Source of the DNA: an uncultured Hormoscilla sp.
GTDB taxonomy: Bacteria; Cyanobacteriota; Cyanobacteriia; Cyanobacteriales; Desertifilaceae
NCBI GenBank assembly: GCA_963921275.4
Contig: OZ001293.3
Coordinates: forward strand, 480,001 to 544,000
Length of the DNA stretch: 64,000 bases
Direction of reading: 5' to 3'
Shown here: positions 24,671-34,623 of the stretch, one piece after another
How positions within the stretch are numbered: the first letter of the stretch is position 1
How the letters are laid out: every line of letters starts with the position of its first letter
Translations under genes and position numbers: made by a program
Notes under the pieces: model-generated
Database searches by the model: none
The model's input: the letters and a program-made list of their open reading frames with translations, nothing else
Told to the model about the DNA's origin: nothing

Positions 24671-24874
24671 ATGAACGACAAACATAGCCAGATTTCGCCG
24701 ATACCCGAAGAATTTGCTAGCTATGAAGAAGCGGCAGACTTTTGGGATACTCACGACACGACCGATTATTTAGATAGCTTGGAAACCGTATCTCTAGAAA
24801 CAGTGGATCTGAAACGGCGACAGTTTGAAGTTGAGGTGGATGCCGACTTGATGAAAGTGAGGTGTGGGGGTTAG
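24671..24874 (+). pseudogene. CopG/BrnA-like antitoxin, truncated
   Basis: IPEEFASYEEAADFWDTHDTTDY motif. Confidence 0.7.
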
Positions 24875-24996
24875 TCAATTGGTTAACGATCTGCTGCGAT
24901 CGACTATTGGCGATGTTGCCCAAAAACCAGGTTGATGGTTTAGGTGTAGAAGAGGCGATGCAGCGGATTACCGAGAAGCTTAAAAGGAAGAGGTAG

Positions 24997-25167
24997 ATGC
25001 CTACTGACATGCAGTTAAAGTGTTTGTACCGAATTGGCTATCAACTAACATATGTGATGTTTCAGCCGATTCACCTTATTTGTGTTGACGAGCGCACTCA
25101 AAATCTATTCATCCTGGCAGGTAACAACGAAGAAATTGAATTTGAAGTCACCGGGGAGGTACTGTAA
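24997..25167 (+). CDS. Small cyanobacterial protein (DUF6888-like, 56 aa)
   Basis: Manual translation MPTDMQLKCLYRIG...DERTQNLFILAG; GAGG RBS; overlaps the next ATG. Confidence 0.6.
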   Translation: MPTDMQLKCLYRIGYQLTYVMFQPIHLICVDERTQNLFILAGNNEEIEFEVTGEVL

Positions 25168-25371
25168 TGAGTAAAATTGAGTATGTGACAATGTCGGACC
25201 AGCAGTTAAGGCAATACTTTCTCGAACATCGTGACGATCTGGCGGCACTCGAAGCTTACCTCGATCGCCGCCAGATCGCGATCGACTGAAGTCATAACAA
25301 CCGCGAACGACCCCGACTTTGATGCCAAAATCATAGCTGCAATTCGTCAGCAGATGAGCGATAATATTTAA
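25167..25371 (+). pseudogene. DUF6887-like small protein, frameshifted near 25275
   Basis: MSDQQLRQYFLEHRDDLAALEAYLDR. Confidence 0.55.
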
Positions 25372-25829
25372 TCAAGCAAAAACTCAGGGTCGAGACTTTC
25401 TTCTGGGGAAAAAGTCGCCGACATTGGCAAAGTATCCAGGGGTAAACCAGTCTCTAAAGCGGCTAACTGTCTGGCATCAAAATAACATTCATCAAATACT
25501 TCCAGGAAGTAATTTTTCAGACTAGGACTATCTTGAAAGGCTTTTCTCAAGCGCCGACGATGTTCAAAAATAGTTGCCAGCCAGCTATTTGAACGTTTTT
25601 CGACCTGATATTGATACTTAAGGAGGTGCATCAATAGCACAACCAAATTGCTTTCTAGCGCCCGTCGTTCTCTTTTTCCCATATCTGTGAGTTCTTCAAT
25701 GAGATTAGCAATATCTAACTCAGCAAATTTACCTTGCTGCAACTGCTTAACCGTCCCTTGCAGCCAAAGATAGTAGTCTCGATCGTAAAGGCTGGAATGA
25801 CCAGTTGTTATGATTCGGGATACCGTCAT
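25368..25829 (-). CDS. DUF29 family protein
   Basis: LYDRDYYLW, LIEEL.DMG, HLLKYQYQ, DSPSLK. Confidence 0.92.
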   Translation of the reverse strand: MTVSRIITTGHSSLYDRDYYLWLQGTVKQLQQGKFAELDIANLIEELTDMGKRERRALESNLVVLLMHLLKYQYQVEKRSNSWLATIFEHRRRLRKAFQDSPSLKNYFLEVFDECYFDARQLAALETGLPLDTLPMSATFSPEESLDPEFLLD

Positions 25830-26003
25830 ATGTTCAACTTCTTAAGCGACCAAAGTTTGGCTACATTATAGCAGTAAAATTGGATTGGCGATCGGCTTGC
25901 CAGAAACCGGGTTGCGAAAATTAAACAAATCTTAACAAGCCCAGTTGCACGAGGTACAGATTTACGGTAGAATCAAAGAGCAGTAAATTTCAACTAAGTG
26001 GTG

Positions 26004-27117
26004 ATGGTGCGATTCGTTCAGGCGTAAACTGGCGACGGTGAAGTCTGGTCTGGTTTCATTTGCCGGATAACTCTGGTTATCATGGGGGTTAAATTCCCTC
26101 TCCCCAGGTGTGGGGGGTCGAGGGTACTACCGGTCCTTAGTGCTGCGGGGTCACATCGCCGTGGTGCTCCGCTAGGGCTTAAATGTAGGATAGCTGGCAG
26201 CCTAACCCAGTGACGCCGCTAGGAAAGATGCTCATGGTTAGAACAAGCGAACCTGTTAAAGCCTCGTTACATAGAACCAGCGGAATAAGGCTTATACGCT
26301 GGCCCAAAAGGGAAAATGGTAGTTAGTGTTGGTAGTCATCTATTGCCAGCATCGCACCCAAAGAACTCCCGGGGTATAGCAGGGGCCTACAAGCATCGAG
26401 AAATGATACCAGGGAACGAAGTAACCTCACGTGAGCTGTCCCCATTTGGACCAGTTAGATGTAAAGCGCAAGCCGCGAAGAGGAAGGATGTTCTAAGAAG
26501 CCAACGCCTGGGGTAATGCCTGGGATATGCAGACGTGGGACGGATATGGTAAGAAGCCTTTGGTGAAAGTAGCCCTAACACGTCGCAAAACTTAGGAGAA
26601 ATCCAAAAGTATGAATATGGACTAGAGTCTCAGCCGGGTCAAGTTCAGAGCCCCGATAAATTGCCAGAATGGAGAAATGTTAGAGAAGAGCGGCTAGAAT
26701 GGTTTGCTGAACTACCCTCCGCGATCGCGCAGCGTGCGCGCAGCGCATACCTTCCGGAGCTGAAATCATTAACGGTCCAATAGGATTGACCATAAGGGGT
26801 AAAATTACAGAGGGTAAGGGGAATACGGGGTAACCCAATATGTCTAAGGACAAGCCCCAGCGGTGAAAGTCACAAGTCCGGTTCCGCTCTTGGAGGGTTG
26901 GGGAGTGATTCCCAGCTCGACCCCGACCACAATCAAAGAACAAATCCTTGAGAAAATTGACCAGTTGCCAGAGTCAGCATTGCTGGAGGTATTGGAATTT
27001 GTGCGTTCTCTAAAAGCTAGGCACCAACCCCAGCTGCAGCAGAGTGATGCCTGGAAAGCTTATCTGGCTTCTAAGCAGGAAAGAAAGGAGGTATACCGTC
27101 GCCTTGCTAGTTCCTAA
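26004..27117 (+). CDS. DUF2281-like antitoxin split by an intron: exon 1 is ATG only (26004-26006), exon 2 is 26929-27117 (63 aa spliced)
   Basis: Removing 26007-26928 gives MTIKEQILEKIDQLPESALLEVLEFVRSL...; overlaps the doc-like gene. Confidence 0.8.
26007..26928 (+). mobile_element. ORF-less group II intron, lineage A (922 nt)
   Basis: GTGCGATTCG start, CTCGACCCCGACC end; near-identical to 4874-5793. Confidence 0.92.
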
Positions 27118-27489
27118 GTTTATTACCTAGATGAAGTATTGGCAATTCACGCCGATCAAATTGCCAGCTTTGGGGGTACTGCGGGCATCCGCGATCGGGG
27201 TTTGCTGGAGTCGGCCTTGGCTCAACCCCAAGCTACATTTGCTGGGGAACTCCTGCACCCAACGATCTACGAGCAAGCAGCAGCCTACTTTTATCACCTG
27301 GCAATGAACCATCCCTTTATTGATGGCAACAAACGGACGGCGTTTGCGAGAATGGATGCCTTTTTGCGGATGAATGGCTATGGTCTCAATATTACCGATG
27401 ACCGGGCTTATGACCTGGTGATGCAGGTGGCCAGAGGAACTCTGAGCAAGTCGGAATTGGCCAGCTTTTTAGAGGGGGCGATCGCCTAA
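27104..27489 (+). pseudogene. Fic/Doc (death-on-curing) toxin; apparent 1-nt frameshift near 27127 after a TTG start
   Basis: HPFIDGNKRTA motif, GIRDRGLLESAL; AAGGAGG upstream of the TTG at 27104. Confidence 0.8.
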
Positions 27490-27564
27490 TTCAGGCTACA
27501 ATATAGATGGTGGTGCCCCCCGATCGCAAATCACCAGTCACCAGTTTATTTGGAGACATTCCTA

Positions 27565-28128
27565 ATGGTACAGATCGTTTCTAAACCTTTAACACTGGCA
27601 GAGTTTCTGAAGCTACCAGAAACGGAACCCGCTAGGGAGTACATTGATGAAGAGATTATCCAGAAACAAATACCGCAAGGAAAGCACAGTACAATTCAAA
27701 CAGAACTGTCCGCTACTATCAATGCAGTTCTGAAGCGTCAGCGGATAGGACGAGCTTTTTGTGAACTGCGATGTACCTTTGGCGGACGATCGATCGTTCC
27801 GGATATATCTGTGTTTGTGTGGGAAAGAATTCCTCGCGACGATCGTGGTGAAATTGCCAATGTTTTCTCCCTAGCCCCTGACTGGAATATTGAGATCCGA
27901 TCCCCCGACCAGAGTCAGACGCAAATTCTCGAAAAAATTTTGTACAGCCTGGAGTTTGAAACTCAGATGGGCTGGGCGATCGATCCTAAGGAGCAAACAT
28001 TATCAGTTTATCGTCCGCAGCAGCGTCCGGAAGTATTTGACGAATCAGCCCAGCAGCTTCCCGTGCCATTCTTTGCTAGCGATATCCAACTGACTGTGGG
28101 AGAATTATTTGGTTGGCTGTTAGCATAG
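27565..28128 (+). CDS. Uma2 family endonuclease
   Basis: LTLAEFLKLPETEPAREYI, ELRCTFGGRSIVPDI, PDWNIEI. Confidence 0.88.
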   Translation: MVQIVSKPLTLAEFLKLPETEPAREYIDEEIIQKQIPQGKHSTIQTELSATINAVLKRQRIGRAFCELRCTFGGRSIVPDISVFVWERIPRDDRGEIANVFSLAPDWNIEIRSPDQSQTQILEKILYSLEFETQMGWAIDPKEQTLSVYRPQQRPEVFDESAQQLPVPFFASDIQLTVGELFGWLLA

Positions 28129-28602
28129 ACAAATATTACTTATTTGACAATAAGTAACAAAAAAACTAACATAATTCTTCTTGCTAGCGATAGGTCAACG
28201 AAACTTACCCCAGCAATGCGACAAGCTATGGCGATCGCGGAAGTCGGGGACGAGCAAAAAGGCGAAGATCCCACGGTGAACAAACTCAACAGATCGCTGC
28301 AGACTTGGGCGCTATCTGCCAGGTGGCTAAAAATCGCTCCCAGAGAATTCATCGAAACTCGCTGGGCATTAATTTTGCGAATGTAAAACTCGATTACTGG
28401 AGGCTCTGCCTCCCTCCGGTTCGTTCCCAGCCAGAGACTGGGAACTCCCATTGGGTGGGGCTACACAAACAACGCTGGCCTGCGCGGGCTATATTACAAT
28501 GCAGGAGATGCTCCCTAAGCAACCTCAGATAAACAGCATATCCTGAACAAGTTCGCTAGGCCCGAGAATGGAGATTAAGGGCTTGCGTCACGTGACTCTA
28601 TG

Positions 28603-28764
28603 GCAAAGTCACGCAACTTTATTGCAGAGTCACGCAACTTTATTGCAGAGTCACGCAACTTTATTGCAGAGTCACGCAACTTTATTGCAGAGTCACGCAA
28701 CTTTATTGCAGAGTCACGCGACTTTATTGCAGAGTCACGCGACTTTATTGCAGAGTCACGCGAC
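28603..28764. repeat. 21-bp tandem repeat AGAGTCACGC(A/G)ACTTTATTGC, about 7.5 copies
   Basis: Directly abutting units, no spacers. Confidence 0.95.
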
Positions 28765-28877
28765 AATCGTCTCGAAGGCAGCACCGATGTCTTGCTAGTC
28801 CCATGGAAACAACTGTGATGCCTGTGGCCCTATTCATCCTCCCACTCATCCTCCCACTCATCCTCCCACGGATACTC

Positions 28878-29543
28878 TCACGGATCGCCACTGAGTTTTT
28901 GATAGGCATTACGGGCAGCGGCCTTTTCTGCATCTTGCTTCTTTTTACCGGTACCCCTTCCATAGACCTTACCTTTGACGCAGGCCACAGCCCTAAATCT
29001 ACGTGCATGATCTGGGCCCGATTCATTCACAATTCTGTAGGTTGGCGTTATGCCAAAACGGGCGAGAATTAGTTGCTGAAACTGGCTTTTCTCATCCACG
29101 ACTTGCACAGCAATTCCATCGCCATCATTGATTATTTCTTGTATCAGGGGTTCAATAAAGCTGCGTACTCTGTCCAATCCAGAATCGAGATACAATGCAC
29201 CGATATACGCCTCAAAGGCATCGCTGAGTATGGTTTCTTTATTGCGCCTGTCTTTTTTGACACTGTGACCGAGGTACAGGCGATTTCTCAAACGAAACTG
29301 ACGGGCAAAGGTAGCCAACTGGGACTTGTCCACCAGTTTTGAGCGCAGGATTGTCATATCACCTTCGTTCATATTGGGATAGGTGCGATACAGCAGATCG
29401 CCGACGATCAAGCCAAGGACAGCATCCCCGAGAAATTCCAGCCGTTCATTATCGGGACAGTCGCGATGTTCGTTGGTGTATGATGAATGGGTCAAGGCAC
29501 GCTTGCGCAAGTTGCGATCGGTAATTTCTGGCAGTTTCATCAT
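28878..29543 (-). CDS. rnc: Ribonuclease III
   Basis: ALTHSS, NERLEFLGDAVL, DAFEAYIGALYLD, C-terminal dsRBD. Confidence 0.93.
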   Translation of the reverse strand: MMKLPEITDRNLRKRALTHSSYTNEHRDCPDNERLEFLGDAVLGLIVGDLLYRTYPNMNEGDMTILRSKLVDKSQLATFARQFRLRNRLYLGHSVKKDRRNKETILSDAFEAYIGALYLDSGLDRVRSFIEPLIQEIINDGDGIAVQVVDEKSQFQQLILARFGITPTYRIVNESGPDHARRFRAVACVKGKVYGRGTGKKKQDAEKAAARNAYQKLSGDP

Positions 29544-29695
29544 GTTCAGTGCAGGGTCATCAAAAAATCTGATACTATTTTAAGACAGGATAAGAGATTA
29601 TTGAGCATTAGACATCTTGCAAAAATTTATTTTTGCTCCGCAATAGCAATTTAGCAGCAATTTTAGCATTTCTGCAAGAGGTCTATTGGTCATTC

Positions 29696-30112
29696 TCAAG
29701 GCGATCTCAACAAAGCATTGAACCCTGCTTGGGTAAAATGTTTATCGTGGGTGAGAACATCCTTAATTTTCCGCTCCTGCATAATCAGCATAGAAGCGCA
29801 GTCGGTCAGACTGTAACCCTTGTCCATCCTTTTTTGATAGAACTCAAGTGCCTGACGGAATTGTTCGGGAGTTTGTGGGACAATTTATGTAAGGCGATCG
29901 TTTCGCAGTTCTACCGTGAGTTCGACAGCTATCCGACGGAAATAAGCTCCCCTTTCACAAAAATAGTTGAGCAACTCGGTCAGAACCATCTCACTGGTGA
30001 CCGCAGTAAAGACACCTAACTCCTGCAATAATACTTTTGTACGCTGATGTAAGTTACTGCTTCGATCGCCGATGGCAATGAGATAAGAGGTATCGAGAAA
30101 AATACGCCTCAT
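29696..30112 (-). pseudogene. PIN-domain (VapC) toxin with in-frame TAA at 29885-29887
   Basis: IFLDTSYLIA, VLTELLN; past the stop: DKGYSLTDCASM...VLTHDKHFTQAGF. Confidence 0.88.
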
Positions 30113-30789
30113 TCTTCTTTTGGTGCTCCATACATATAATGTTCAAAATTGCGAGCCAAATCCCTCGGGAGTTTAGCCCATTCTTCGTCGGGAACCCGCG
30201 CACCTATTTCCATGAGTCGTTTCCAGAGAGGTTTCTCTTCGGGCTCAAGGGAAATTATCTTACCGTTGTCAGTCTCATCAATCAGCAGGTGCTTCTCTTT
30301 CCGTGCGCTCAGGATCTCCAAGCTGGCGTCAATGTAGGCGTTAACAAGTTTAGCCGCCCAGGTCGGCAAACCCCGATCGCCTTGAAGATAATTGAGGGCC
30401 GCGATCGCCCCATCAATCGGCAAATCAAAAAAACTATAGTCGATCGCCTGCCAACTCCCGGTCGAATTCGGCTGGATACTCGTCGCCTGAGCAACTAAAC
30501 GGTATTGTAGCTGGCGCAGATAAAAGGCCACCTCACGCAGGTACTTTTCCTTGGCGTCCGGTCTACAAGCATCCTCGGGCAAAATAGATGAGGCCGCTTG
30601 CACTGCACCCTCCATCAAATTTGGGGCATTTTCAGCCAAATACTTAGCCCCAGCAAAGTAAGCCGCTGCCCGTTCCAGCCTTTGGGCAACCAGTTCCAGT
30701 TCCCGATCGTCCAGAAAACGACCTTGACCGGTAGCATCGACGATCGCTTCTCTGATTGTAGTTTCCATAGCACTTTTCCAATTCACCAT
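30109..30789 (-). CDS. Phycocyanin alpha-like (globin fold) domain fused to a VapB-type antitoxin tail
   Basis: N-terminal 160 aa colinear with CpcA (QGRFL, K-Y-LRE...YLR...Y.LVA, FDL, ALNY, NAYID); tail PDEEWAKLPRDLARNFEHYMYG; ATGA overlap with the PIN gene. Confidence 0.82.
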   Translation of the reverse strand: MVNWKSAMETTIREAIVDATGQGRFLDDRELELVAQRLERAAAYFAGAKYLAENAPNLMEGAVQAASSILPEDACRPDAKEKYLREVAFYLRQLQYRLVAQATSIQPNSTGSWQAIDYSFFDLPIDGAIAALNYLQGDRGLPTWAAKLVNAYIDASLEILSARKEKHLLIDETDNGKIISLEPEEKPLWKRLMEIGARVPDEEWAKLPRDLARNFEHYMYGAPKEE

Positions 30790-30828
30790 TTGAGTCTATT
30801 ATAATCAGAAGTTTTATAAACGCGAAGT

Positions 30829-30979
30829 ATGGACGTAAAAGCAGCAGTTGATTGGTACATGGAAGGTAAAATTAACATCGATGACTTGATTACCCACGTC
30901 ATGCCGATCGACCAAATTAATGACGCCTTTGAATTAATTGCACAAAGGCGAGTCTATCCGCACCGTTTTAACATTTTAA
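30829..30979 (+). pseudogene. frmA: S-(hydroxymethyl)glutathione dehydrogenase remnant (internal deletion of most of the gene)
   Basis: N-terminal MDVKAAV joined to C-terminal DWYMEGKINIDDLITH...ESIRTVLTF; lies upstream of fghA. Confidence 0.8.
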
Positions 30980-31172
30980 CAGCACAAAGGTTCGTTGTTG
31001 TACTTCAGCGCCAAGGTTCCCAATTCCTATGTTTAGCCCCTGCGCAGCGGAGGGGGCCCGGAGCGTGGGCTTTGTCCCTGTAGCCGCACCCCTCGTTCCC
31101 ACGGCTCTGCCTGGGAACGGGTGACGGAGATCGCGAATAATTTACAGCCCTGTTATTCCCCATTAGCAAATT

Positions 31173-32017
31173 ATGTCTACATCAGTCAACATTATTTCCG
31201 AACATGCCTGTTTCGGCGGCCAAGTCAGTTTTCACAGCCATCATTCGGAGACCTGTAACTGCGAAATGCACTTTGCAGTTTATCAACCACCCCAAGCAAA
31301 ATCAAAACCAGTGCCAGTCCTCTATTTTCTCTCTGGTTTAACCTCTACAGAAGAGAACTTTATCATGAAAGCCGGGGCGCAGCGGTACGCCGCAGAACAG
31401 GGGTTAATGTTAGTTATGCCAGATACCAGTCCGCGGGATACTGGCATACAGGGTGAAAACGACGAGTGGGATCTCGGTACGGGTGCAGGCTTCTACGTTG
31501 ATGCGACAATGGCACCCTGGGCGTCCCACTATCAAATGTACAGCTATGTGGTCCGCGAATTACCTGCAATCATAGCCGAAAACTTTCCAGCGATACCGGA
31601 AAAACAGGAAATTTGCGGTCATTCTATGGGCGGACATGGGGCCTTAGTCTGTGCCTTGAGAACCCAGAACAATATCAGTCACTTTCCGCTTTCGCCCCGA
31701 TCGCGGCACCGATGCGCAGTGATTTGGGACAGAAGGTATTTACCAATTACCTGGGTACCAAGCAGGAAACCTGGCGGGTTTACGATGCCAGCGAATTAAT
31801 CCTTACGGCTAAATATAGTCGTCCCATTCTGATCGATCAAGGAACGGCGGATGAATATCTCCCCCAACTGCTACCAGAAGTATTTTCCGAAGCTTGTCAA
31901 AAGGTCGGTCAACCCCTAACCTTACGCATGCAAGCAGGTTACGACCACGGCTACTACTTTGTCTCCACCTTCGTCGCAGACCACATCCGCCACCATGCTG
32001 CTGTCTTGTGCGAGTAA
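31173..32017 (+). pseudogene. fghA: S-formylglutathione hydrolase, frameshifted near 31660
   Basis: LSGLT, PDTSPR, GAGFYVDA, GHSMGGHGAL, GYDHGYYF. Confidence 0.9.
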
Positions 32018-33297
32018 AAGAAAAACGGCGATCGCCCTTTAGTCAAGCTTGGGGCGATCGCCTTTCTTCATCAGCAAGCTGCTGGTTCTGGCGCTGCTGC
32101 TGGTTCTGGTACCTCTTCCTTGGGCGGTTTTGGCTTCTTCTCAAACACTTGGATAGCTGCCTGGTCCCCCGCGTTACCAGGCGGGAGCCAGGTAACGAGG
32201 CCATTAGGGATAGGTTCTCCCATTTGGTTCTTGTCTTCCGGTAGGCTACTGGCCCGAGCGCCCTTGACAACAGGGTAAACGCACGCTTCGCTAAATTAGT
32301 ATCGAAGACTACAGACAAAAGTCTATACAATACTCCGGACAGTTTTTAGACCCTCAACACAAGGGTTGCAGCCCTTCGCGCCTTATTTTTTTCAATGTCT
32401 GCCCCAGGGCTAACTTGCCTAAAATTCACTATCGTGAAAGGCTGACGCTGCGATGCGCGACAAGGGGTACGGCGAGTAGCGCGACCGCCCGACTTGTGCA
32501 TCGCAAGGCTTGCAGCTACGTACAGCCAAAACGGTCCCATATTGAAATAGGGTAATCAGGAGCGATCTCCCCACCGTCTAGTCCTGAATCTCAATGATAT
32601 TGTAAAATTTAATATATGAACTTCATCACTCAGACATAAATTTAAAATTGTCTCATTGAATTAATTATGCTCACAACTAGGTTGCTGATACCATTTTGAA
32701 ACAAGGAAGCTACAGATGTCGAGCCCGTTCGTCAGTTCGACAATCTCAAATGAGATGACACAGCCGCCCCAAGCCCTACTGGCGGCAAACAACTACCTCA
32801 GAAGATTTACGTAATTTAGGTTACGTGCAATTATCTATCTAAAAATCTCGGATTTTGCGGTTTCGATTATTTTGCGAGCGGTTGTATTATTCAATCTAGA
32901 TGATCGAACCCCAAACCAAGAGCAATATGAGATGAGATATAATTCATACCTTTGGTCAGATCAGGCGATCGCCGAGCAGTTTTCTCATATCTACAATGTA
33001 GTGAGGGAATTTGACTTAAAAAGGCTAGATATGAAAAAAAAGCGCTGTTACCAGCGATGAGGAAATCTGCCAGAATAACCCTATACTTTATTGGAGAGAA
33101 ATTGTTGAGCAACTATGAGTCATCCGGCGATGTCTTCGGAGTAGTGCGAATACGATGTCCCCGGGGTAGTGCGTAAGAGCGCTGGGGACATTGAGCTCTC
33201 CGAAGACATCGAAGCGGTGGAGGGTATCACCAATATACGCAACCCGATGGACTTGTGGTAATTGTAAATTAACTTGCCGCAACAGGAATCAAGATCT

Positions 33298-33438
33298 ATG
33301 AAAGAAAAGGACAATGAAATGGCTAAAACTTGCAGCGCACCATTAAAACCCAACCCCTTCACAACCTATCGAGACCCGAAAACAGGTCGATGGGTTGTCG
33401 TAAACAGTGATACAAAAAATAAAAAGGCTAGCACGTAA
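33298..33438 (+). CDS. Small conserved cyanobacterial protein (46 aa)
   Basis: Manual translation ...PLKPNPFTTYRDPKTGRWVVV...; the motif resembles small cyanobacterial hypotheticals. Confidence 0.5.
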   Translation: MKEKDNEMAKTCSAPLKPNPFTTYRDPKTGRWVVVNSDTKNKKAST

Positions 33439-33668
33439 CTTAACGGTCACGCACAAGCTATGAAGTATGAAATATGAAAATCAAGTACCGTCTCCTTTAT
33501 CAGGTTAAAAGTCAAAAGCAAAACTATATTTAAATTTTTTAACCTTTGACTTTTAACTTTTGAGTTGATAAGTCGGGCGATCGGTCACCGGGTTGTTGTC
33601 AGGCCGGACATCGTCTTAACCCCAGGATCGACCCGGTTTCTACCGAATACTTGACCGATACTTTAGTT

Positions 33669-33893
33669 CTACAGGTTGTTGCTGGCATAAGCATCCATCC
33701 TGTAGGCAGGGGTGCGTTGGTTGTAGTCAGTCGGAGTACCTGTGACAGACTTAGCCAGCTGTTCAAACTTTTGAGAGTTCCAGTTCCGTTCGTGGATGGG
33801 CTTGGACTGTTCGCCCCGGAAGTAGGCTTGAGTACCGATAATGGAGCCTGCGAGCCAACCGACAATCAATAGAGCAATTACGATGGTCATCAT
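33669..33893 (-). CDS. Psb35-like single-helix PSII assembly protein, copy 1
   Basis: TM helix followed by GTQAYFRGEQSKPIHERNW; AGGAG RBS. Confidence 0.7.
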   Translation of the reverse strand: MMTIVIALLIVGWLAGSIIGTQAYFRGEQSKPIHERNWNSQKFEQLAKSVTGTPTDYNQRTPAYRMDAYASNNL

Positions 33894-34053
33894 TGTTTTT
33901 CTCCTGGTTCGGGATTCTGTAAACACATGTAACAACAAGTCAAGTTATGTAAGGGTGACTGAACGGGTAACTGTTTGTGATGTTTGTCACCCTTGCATAC
34001 AGAGATTCAGCGACGTTCTACGTGACTGATGGGAGTAGTAAAAGTGGATGGGT

Positions 34054-34284
34054 CTAGTTCGACAGGTTGTTGCTGGCATAAGCATCCATCCCGTAGGCAG
34101 GGGTACGTTGGTTGTAGTCGGTCTCCATACCCGTGACAGACTTAGCTAGCTGTTCAAACTCGGAGGAGTTCCAGTTCCGTTCGTGGATGGGCTTGGACTG
34201 TTCGCCCCGGAAGTAGGCTTGAGTACCGATAATGGATGCTGCGAGCCAACCGAATATCGATAGAGCAATTACGATGGTCATCAT
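34054..34284 (-). CDS. Psb35-like protein, copy 2
   Basis: Paralog of 33669-33893. Confidence 0.7.
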   Translation of the reverse strand: MMTIVIALSIFGWLAASIIGTQAYFRGEQSKPIHERNWNSSEFEQLAKSVTGMETDYNQRTPAYGMDAYASNNLSN

Positions 34285-34332
34285 AGTTTTTCTCCTTCAA
34301 ATTATGTCATCTTGATGTGCGTTGCTAATGGG

Positions 34333-34503
34333 TTAGCTGATAACCAATGCCGTCAACAGCAAAGAACCGACGAAGGTCATCGCTAGCAAGCCTTGCAGAA
34401 GGTAACGGCGTTGTTGCAGTCCGTCGGGATAGGAGCCATAGTACATTTTCGGCCCGATGGGATAGTTGTTGAGAATGCCGTTTTCGTTGGTTGTGGTGTA
34501 CAT
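34333..34503 (-). CDS. psb34: Psb34 / ssl1498-family protein, copy 1 (56 aa)
   Basis: MYTTTNENGILNNYPIGPKMYYGSYP...QQRRYLLQG plus TM helix; below the ORF-track cutoff. Confidence 0.85.
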   Translation of the reverse strand: MYTTTNENGILNNYPIGPKMYYGSYPDGLQQRRYLLQGLLAMTFVGSLLLTALVIS

Positions 34504-34623
34504 TGTTGCTTCTCCTTCTTCAAGCTTCTGTAAACAAATGTAACAACTTTTAAAGTTAAGTCAGGGTGACTTGACACTGAAATGCTTGTGATGTTAATCA
34601 CCCTTGCATACATAGAGGTGGAG

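Noticed and set aside
26316..26516. Repeated 66-aa ORF MVVSVGSHLL... (also 42-242 and 5286-5486) as an intron-encoded protein
   Set aside because: Lies in the structured 5' ribozyme region, has no RT motifs, and is not conserved in lineages B-D
28603..28764. Possible CRISPR array
   Set aside because: Units abut with no spacers, and there are no cas genes in the window
32440..32520. Long imperfect hairpin (TGCGATGC...GCATCGCA) as an ncRNA
   Set aside because: I cannot match it to any known RNA family or support its boundaries
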